Source: Pyrinomonadaceae bacterium (GTDB lineage: Bacteria; Acidobacteriota; Blastocatellia; Pyrinomonadales; Pyrinomonadaceae). Taken from it: a stretch of 64,000 nucleotides of DNA. Positions 58,782 to 64,000 of the stretch are shown in pieces. A program made the position numbers and the translations under genes. Every line of letters begins with the position of its first letter. The stretch's first letter is position 1. The notes beneath the pieces were generated by a model. The model was not told where the DNA came from. It searched no databases and saw only the letters and a program-made list of their open reading frames with translations. The stretch covers positions 15,488 through 79,487 of the forward strand of contig JBBJOS010000002.1 of NCBI GenBank assembly GCA_037723965.1, given 5' to 3'.

Positions 58782-58957
58782 GTTTAGTCAGCGTGATAAA
58801 ACCGGATAGATTGTACGATTTTTCCTCCGCGTTTGTAGGAATCTTGGGTTTCAGCGTTAAGATAACTACTGTTATTGTCTCAATATTAAAACTTAGCGTG
58901 ATAATGATCATGTCCAGCGATAAAATAAAGACGTGCAATTCATTCACTATGAAAAAC

Positions 58958-59209
58958 TATCGTTACGATAACCGGTATTAACGTAACGATAGCTGTGATT
59001 ATCGTTACGTTAATTATGAATATCGTGACGATAAACTCGGTTATCGTAAGTATTATGTATTATATCAGTTTGATATTGGCGGTTAACCATACGATAAAAA
59101 CAATTATCGACCGGATAATGATAGTTATTTAAACGATTACGACGATTATCGTTACGCTGAAAGTATTTAATGTAAGGATGAATGCGTCTATCGCGTCGAT
59201 AATCGTAAT
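58958..59209. repeat. array of 12 phased 21-bp units built on the palindrome TATCGT-N-ACGATA
   Basis: Units start at 58958 + 21k for k = 0 to 11. The palindrome is perfect at 58958 (tatcgttacgata) and 59021 (tatcgtgacgata). Near-perfect copies are at 58979, 59000 and 59189. Half-sites are kept at 59042, 59063, 59084, 59105, 59126, 59147 and 59168. Confidence 0.85.
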
Positions 59210-59290
59210 TATTGGGCCTCAACTATTAAATATAGTGTTATTTTGCGGCACCGGCGAAGTCTTATTTAGTGAAATACAGGAAGAAATAAT

Positions 59291-59698
59291 ATGTTTAAAG
59301 ATACTGAATCACAATTAGAAGGGATCAGGGAAATTTTTCAAACGGCGAAGACCGAGGATAACTGGAATCTCGAAGGCGAGATGCTTTACAGCTTTTATTT
59401 TGTTGACGAAGACGTCGATAAACTGGAAAAGCTCGGGCTGAAACTCGAAGCCGACGGCTATGATTTTCTCGACATCTTCGTATTAGGCGACGAGGAAACC
59501 GACGAATCGACCGGCGAATATCTGCTGCACATCGACAAGATCGAAACGCACACGCCGGAAACTCTGGCTGCGAGAAACGTCGAATTTCAAAAGCTCGCGG
59601 AAGAGTACGAGATCGGCTCCTACGACGGCTGGGAATTCGGGGAAGTCGGCGACGAGGAAGACGAGGAAGCGGGATTGGAGCTTCAAACGCCTGAATAA
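59291..59698 (+). CDS. acidic RraB-like (regulator of ribonuclease activity B family) protein
   Basis: 135 aa and very acidic. LYSFYFVDEDVDKLEKLGLKLEADGYDF...YDGWEF resembles the RraB/DUF695 pattern. Confidence 0.55.
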   Translation: MFKDTESQLEGIREIFQTAKTEDNWNLEGEMLYSFYFVDEDVDKLEKLGLKLEADGYDFLDIFVLGDEETDESTGEYLLHIDKIETHTPETLAARNVEFQKLAEEYEIGSYDGWEFGEVGDEEDEEAGLELQTPE

Positions 59699-60536
59699 GT
59701 GGCGAAAATTATACTTTATACGGGCTTCGCTCTCGCGGCGTTTGCCTTTAATTCGATCCTTTGCCGGCTTGCTTTGAGAACGGATGAGATCGACGCGGCG
59801 AGCTTTACGGCGATCCGGCTGATTTCGGGTGCGGTTACGCTTATCGCGATCAGTTATTTCTTCGGCGGAAAATCTAAATCACCACCACGCGGGAACTGGC
59901 TTTCCGCGTTTTTTCTGTTTGCTTACGCAATATGTTTTTCGTTCGCTTATATCGGCCTGACGGCGGGAACCGGATGGCTGCGTACAGTTTACAATGATCG
60001 CGGCGGCTTTAATAAAAGGTGAAAGGCCGAAGCCGCTTGAATGGGCGGGATTATTAATTGCTTTAGGCGGACTTTTCTACCTCGTGCTTCCGGGTTTAAC
60101 TTCGCCGCCGCTGTTTAGCTCTGTATTGATGGCTTTCGCCGGAATTTCCTGGGGCTTTTACACGCTTCGCGGAAAGGGAAGCAGCGATCCGCTCGGCGAT
60201 ACGGCCGGAAATTTTGTGCGGTCGGTGCCGATGATAGTTTTGGCTGGCCTGCCGTTTTTATCGGCCTTTCATCTATCGAATCGCGGAATTCTGCTGGCGG
60301 TGTTATCGGGTGCGGTAACTTCAGGCATCGGCTACACGGTCTGGTACGCCGTTCTAAAACATCACACATCGACGCGTGCCGCCGTTCTTCAATTAGCAGT
60401 TCCCGTGCTGGCCGCCTGGGCCGGCGTAGCATTTCTTTCCGAAGCCGCAACGTCCAGGCTTTTGATTGCGGCCGCCTTGATCTTGGGCGGCATCGCGCTG
60501 ACGATTTTAGGACGAAACACGCCTACAAAAACCTGA
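59699..60536 (+). pseudogene. EamA/DMT-family transporter disrupted by a frame change near 59961-59985
   Basis: The N-terminal half (59699-60022) and C-terminal half (frame open from 59961, ending 60536) are in different frames. Joined, they give a typical 10-TM DMT protein (...LTAGTG / VQFTMIAAALIKGERP...). Confidence 0.75.
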
Positions 60537-61830
60537 CGGACTTGCTGAACATCGCTCCACGACCTAATCTTTCACGATCAACAGAGTGATTTTCGTCGTT
60601 ACTTCTAAACGTGCTTTGGCTTTGCCATCCGCCCTTATCTTCCAAAGCGGCTAATCGAATAACATCCCGGCCATACCTTAAGTTTAATTCGTCAATTGAC
60701 TTGTTTAGTTTATGCCAGCGCTCGAAATTTTCCTGTTCATAGAGTCTATGCGAGATAGATCCAATCGGGGCTAACTCGCTCAAACCTATGCCAGCCCGTT
60801 TATACTGCAAATCGGGGCGGAAGGCTTTCTCCAGGCAGTGAGCTACCCATTTATAGATCTCGCTCGTAATGTCGGAATGATAAATAGAATGGTAGGAAAA
60901 TGCGTTTGAATAATAATACGGAACCGGTTTGAAACGGTCGGTCTGTAGAAAAACCGTAACGCATTTTGTCGTTAAATTATTCCAGCGCATTTTTTCCAAA
61001 GCCCGTGTCGTGAAGTAAAAGACCGCATTTTTTATTTCACTGAAATTACTAATGGTGTGTCCGAACGTCCGGGTATGGGCAATCGATTTATTATCCTTTT
61101 CGGTAATGTCCAGCGGCAGACATTTAATCCCGTTTAGCTCCATAATAGTTCTGGCACCGAACACATTCAAATAATCCCTGGCCTGTTCGGGCTCGGTGTT
61201 TTTTAATTCAAATGCTGTATTTATTCCGTGATGCTTAAGCTTGACGGCGGAGCGCAAGCCGATACCCCAGACTTCGCGCACATCGGTTCGCTTGAGAGCT
61301 AAATCAGTATGAGGCGAATCATATAGATCTAGCACGCCGTCTGCTTTAATAGATGTTTTAGCGAGATGATTGGCGAGTTTTGCTAAGGTTTTAGTCCGCG
61401 CCACACCGACGGACACGGGAATATTAGTTTTTTTTAGGATGATTTGCTTAACGTGATTACCCAAATACTTGAGTTTGTCCGGCGTTCCTACATCTATAAA
61501 AGCTTCATCGATCGAATAAAGCTCGACTACATTCTTGCCTAAATCCTCAACTAGTATATTTTGTATCTGATCCGAAAAATCGCGGTAAAGCGCATGGTTA
61601 CAAGAAATTACGGCGGTGTTGTGTTTTTCGAGCAGTTCGCGAACCTGAAAGAGAGGCGCGGCCATTTGCACGCCGAGGTTTTTTACCTCGTTGCTCCGCG
61701 AAATAATACAGCCGTCGTTATTGGAAAGTACTACCACCGGACGATTCTCCAATGCTCTATTAACGGCTCTTTCGCACGACACGAAAAAGTTATTACAGTC
61801 CACCAAAGCAATTGCGTTATTTTCCTGCAT
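60523..61830 (-). CDS. umuC: Y-family DNA polymerase (UmuC/ImpB-like)
   Basis: ALVDCNNFFVSCERA...VVVLSNNDGCIISRS...YSIDEAFID is the IMS-family signature. 435 aa. No umuD-like gene is adjacent. Confidence 0.88.
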   Translation of the reverse strand: MQENNAIALVDCNNFFVSCERAVNRALENRPVVVLSNNDGCIISRSNEVKNLGVQMAAPLFQVRELLEKHNTAVISCNHALYRDFSDQIQNILVEDLGKNVVELYSIDEAFIDVGTPDKLKYLGNHVKQIILKKTNIPVSVGVARTKTLAKLANHLAKTSIKADGVLDLYDSPHTDLALKRTDVREVWGIGLRSAVKLKHHGINTAFELKNTEPEQARDYLNVFGARTIMELNGIKCLPLDITEKDNKSIAHTRTFGHTISNFSEIKNAVFYFTTRALEKMRWNNLTTKCVTVFLQTDRFKPVPYYYSNAFSYHSIYHSDITSEIYKWVAHCLEKAFRPDLQYKRAGIGLSELAPIGSISHRLYEQENFERWHKLNKSIDELNLRYGRDVIRLAALEDKGGWQSQSTFRSNDENHSVDRERLGRGAMFSKSVRFL

Positions 61831-61917
61831 AATTATCTGCGAAACAAAGTTGCGTGGGTGAAACTGTAGGAATGATAATGTGGAACAATAAAAAACGCAA
61901 GATTTTTTGGAATTTAT

Positions 61918-62562
61918 TTAAAGCTTCGTTAACTTAGCAATAAAGGCATAGCGTTTGAAAATGGATGTAATGGTTAGCTTGCCTAAGCCTTTGTTTTCCA
62001 AAGATATAAGATGCGGTATCAGACCGTTCCAGAACTGGACGTGAAACTTCTTTAACCAACCTTTCAGCAGTATTTGAAATGGCTTCGGTAATTCCTTTTG
62101 ATCGTAAAAGTCCACAATAAAAAGCTGGCCGCCGGGTTTTAGATTGTTTAGAGCATTTTGGATCGATTCACGCCAGACGGGAATCATAGAAATGGAATAC
62201 GAGAAGAATATTTTGTCGAAAGGCTCGGTTAGATCGAATGTTTTATCGAAGGTAAAATCGTCGGCCAAGGCTATTTCGAGCGTAATGTTTTGGACATTCG
62301 CCGCATCGACTTTTGCCTGTGCCGTTTCGAGCATCGCAGCCGATGCGTCAAGGCCGTAGAAATGAGTTTCGGGATGGCGTTTGGCTAAAATTATTAGGTT
62401 TCTGCCGGTCCCGCAGCCAGCTTCGAGAATACGTTCGCCGGGCTGAATATTCATTTCGGTAAGCAAACGGTCGCGGCCGAGCAGGTAGTATTTGCGGGTA
62501 AAATCGTAGAAGTATCGCTGGAAGCGGTACATTCTGTCCATGTTGTCGAAGGCGTTTGGCAT
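61918..62562 (-). CDS. btaB: SAM-dependent methyltransferase, BtaB-like (DGTS synthesis)
   Basis: MYRFQRYFYDFTRKYYLLGRD...ILEAGCGTGRNL. It lies directly downstream of a BtaA-like gene, in the same order as the Rhodobacter btaAB operon. Confidence 0.7.
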   Translation of the reverse strand: MPNAFDNMDRMYRFQRYFYDFTRKYYLLGRDRLLTEMNIQPGERILEAGCGTGRNLIILAKRHPETHFYGLDASAAMLETAQAKVDAANVQNITLEIALADDFTFDKTFDLTEPFDKIFFSYSISMIPVWRESIQNALNNLKPGGQLFIVDFYDQKELPKPFQILLKGWLKKFHVQFWNGLIPHLISLENKGLGKLTITSIFKRYAFIAKLTKL

Positions 62563-62617
62563 AAAGGTCAGAACCGCCTGCGTAAGCGGGTGGTACGAAG
62601 CTAGGCAAAAGTCGTGG

Positions 62618-63898
62618 TTAGGTCATAGTGGCATTTCCAAGCAGAGTCTCTACCACCCGCTTACGCAGGCTCAAAACATAAAGATGAAATCCGCCGTAGA
62701 TCGAAGCACGGTCCTGGCTAAATAACTCTTGCGAAAGATCTTTTTCGTAATCGAATTTGTTTCGCAACTCCACAGGCAGACTAGTTTCAATTGGCGAACC
62801 GGCACTTGCGGTGCGGAAAATAATCCGCGAGCCCGGCTCAGCCTTCTCCGCTATTGCCGCCCAAAGCTGGGTCATCGTTTCGGCATTCATCCAATCCTGA
62901 GCGTCGAGGAAAACGAAGCGGTTGAATGTTCCTTTCGGGTTGTTTTTGATCTCGTCGGCTGCCGAACCGATCTTGCTCGTCAAACGTTTGGCATTAGCCT
63001 TCAGAGTTTCGTAGTTTTCTTCCTTTAGATACTCAGGAACCGCAAGACGTTTTTCGGTATCGTATTTTCTCGCAAAAGCCTGCCAGGCGAAATAGTTTTC
63101 GCTGACCGGATAATCACAGGCGAGGTGTTTAACGCGTTCGCGGTAGATGTCGATGATCGTTTTGTCGCCGGTCGTATCTTTTTTCAGCTCTTCGTACTGC
63201 TGCGGCGGAATGCCGAGGCCGAACATCGTGACCGGCATTTTACCGACGGTCTTGATAACGAAATTATCAAAGAACGGATCGATATGTTTATTGTAAAGCT
63301 CTTTTTGTTCGGCGAGCGATTCGGCTTTTAACAGTTCTTCGGGCCTGCATCCGAACACGCGTGAAAGCTTGTGAAAGAACCGCAGAAAATAACCGTTGCG
63401 GGAATGATCGTAAAGCCCGGCGTTGCTGAAAAAGCTGATCCGCGGACCGAAGAGGAGGCCACCGCCGAATGTGTTCAACTCCCAAAAATCACGCGTGTCT
63501 TTATCCAGATTTGGAGCAATAAATTTTAGATAATTCGATCCGGTAGAATTACCTTTACCGTGTCCGAAAAAGGCAAAGAAATCTTCGTAAGACAGCAGAT
63601 GCTTTACCGCCGCGAGTTTCAAATTCAACAGGTAAATATGGTGGCGATTCAGATCGACGGCAGTTACGGATTCGGGATTTGCAAGCAGGTAATTGAGAGC
63701 GTTGCATCCGCCTGACGAGATCGTGAGCACGCGGGAATCACCGTCTAATTTTAGTGCCTTTAGATCGACATGCGGATCTTCCCAGATCTGGTTATAAACA
63801 AAGGCGTCGAACCAAACGGCGAAGAGTTTTTGAAGTATGCCTTGGCGGGAAGAGACCTTATCGTTGCGAACCGCATCGAGAACAAGCTGTTCATTCAT
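62618..63898 (-). CDS. btaA: BtaA-like S-adenosylmethionine:diacylglycerol 3-amino-3-carboxypropyl transferase (DUF3419)
   Basis: 426 aa. ...VYNQIWEDPHVDLKALKLDGDSRVLTISSGGCNALNYL... matches the BtaA/DUF3419 signature as I recall it. Confidence 0.72.
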   Translation of the reverse strand: MNEQLVLDAVRNDKVSSRQGILQKLFAVWFDAFVYNQIWEDPHVDLKALKLDGDSRVLTISSGGCNALNYLLANPESVTAVDLNRHHIYLLNLKLAAVKHLLSYEDFFAFFGHGKGNSTGSNYLKFIAPNLDKDTRDFWELNTFGGGLLFGPRISFFSNAGLYDHSRNGYFLRFFHKLSRVFGCRPEELLKAESLAEQKELYNKHIDPFFDNFVIKTVGKMPVTMFGLGIPPQQYEELKKDTTGDKTIIDIYRERVKHLACDYPVSENYFAWQAFARKYDTEKRLAVPEYLKEENYETLKANAKRLTSKIGSAADEIKNNPKGTFNRFVFLDAQDWMNAETMTQLWAAIAEKAEPGSRIIFRTASAGSPIETSLPVELRNKFDYEKDLSQELFSQDRASIYGGFHLYVLSLRKRVVETLLGNATMT

Positions 63899-64000
63899 AA
63901 CGAAAATTAAACACGAATTAGGTTGGACTTCAATGGGTGAATATATGCCTGTAATAAAATTCAGAAGGCGGAAGCCTAACCACTACTCATTCGCCATTAC

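Noticed and set aside
58899-59122. Fur boxes, because GATAATGAT occurs at 58899-58907 and 59114-59122
   Set aside because: The best 19-mer match is about 14/19. These words are explained by the GATAA-rich 21-bp array, and no iron-related genes flank the region.
58958-59209. CRISPR-like reading of the 21-bp array (13-bp conserved plus 8-bp variable segments)
   Set aside because: The unit is far too short for CRISPR repeats and spacers, the repeats are degenerate, and no cas genes are present.
59010-59222. 70-aa Y/N/R/D-rich ORF on the minus strand as a real gene
   Set aside because: It needs a TTG start with no Shine-Dalgarno. The 7-codon periodicity continues straight through two in-frame stops (59010-59012 and about 58949). 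The conserved core is a DNA palindrome, which argues for DNA-level rather than protein-level selection.
61831-61917. SOS/LexA box upstream of the umuC-like gene
   Set aside because: There is no GTTC-N7-GTTC match (the type reported for Acidobacterium) and no CGAAC-N4-GTTCG-type match. Only a single GTTC is present.
1-64000. A multi-gene defence, toxin-antitoxin, secretion or retroelement system
   Set aside because: I found no nuclease/helicase/ATPase clusters of unknown function. There are no reverse transcriptase, Cas, restriction-modification, Abi or phage-like genes. The unknown genes are isolated singletons among housekeeping genes.

Overview
The window looks like a core-chromosome segment from an Acidobacteriota-like bacterium. 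That placement is an inference from three things: a TIGR02999/ECF43-like sigma factor next to a TolB-repeat Ser/Thr kinase, several carboxypeptidase-regulatory-domain and LolA-like secreted proteins, and the style of the intergenic repeats. I call about 55 protein genes and one tRNA-Glu. Most are housekeeping: polA, lnt, prfB (with the classical +1 frameshift), ftsK, comEA/comEC, purH, UDP-xylose synthase plus an epimerase, an S9 peptidase, an e(P4) acid phosphatase, typA, trmL, two ECF sigma modules, an amidohydrolase, dus, a SurA-like PPIase, mfd, lysS, a umuC-like Y-family polymerase and a btaA/btaB (DGTS betaine-lipid) pair. I saw no transposase, integrase, reverse transcriptase, CRISPR array or cas gene, and no recognisable multi-gene defence or secretion system. 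I cannot point to a convincing new multi-gene system here. Six things are not explained by the gene list. (1) The lysS-downstream spacer holds a roughly 250-bp AT-rich array of 12 phased 21-bp units, each built on the 13-bp palindrome TATCGT-N-ACGATA. (2) Intergenic 'word' repeats are dense: heptamer tandem arrays, multi-copy 20-22-mers, hairpin cassettes and 29-bp perfect stems. (3) Two such elements sit in frame inside mfd and purH. (4) Three DnaA-box-like 9-mers lie upstream of comEA. (5) There are unusually many frame disruptions: Smr, BON, a DMT transporter, two membrane proteins and one in-frame TAA. Together these more likely reflect assembly indel errors than biology. (6) AT-richer in-frame segments occur in the S9 peptidase and LysRS. 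All family names come from motif recognition by eye. No database search, GC calculation or RNA folding was run.
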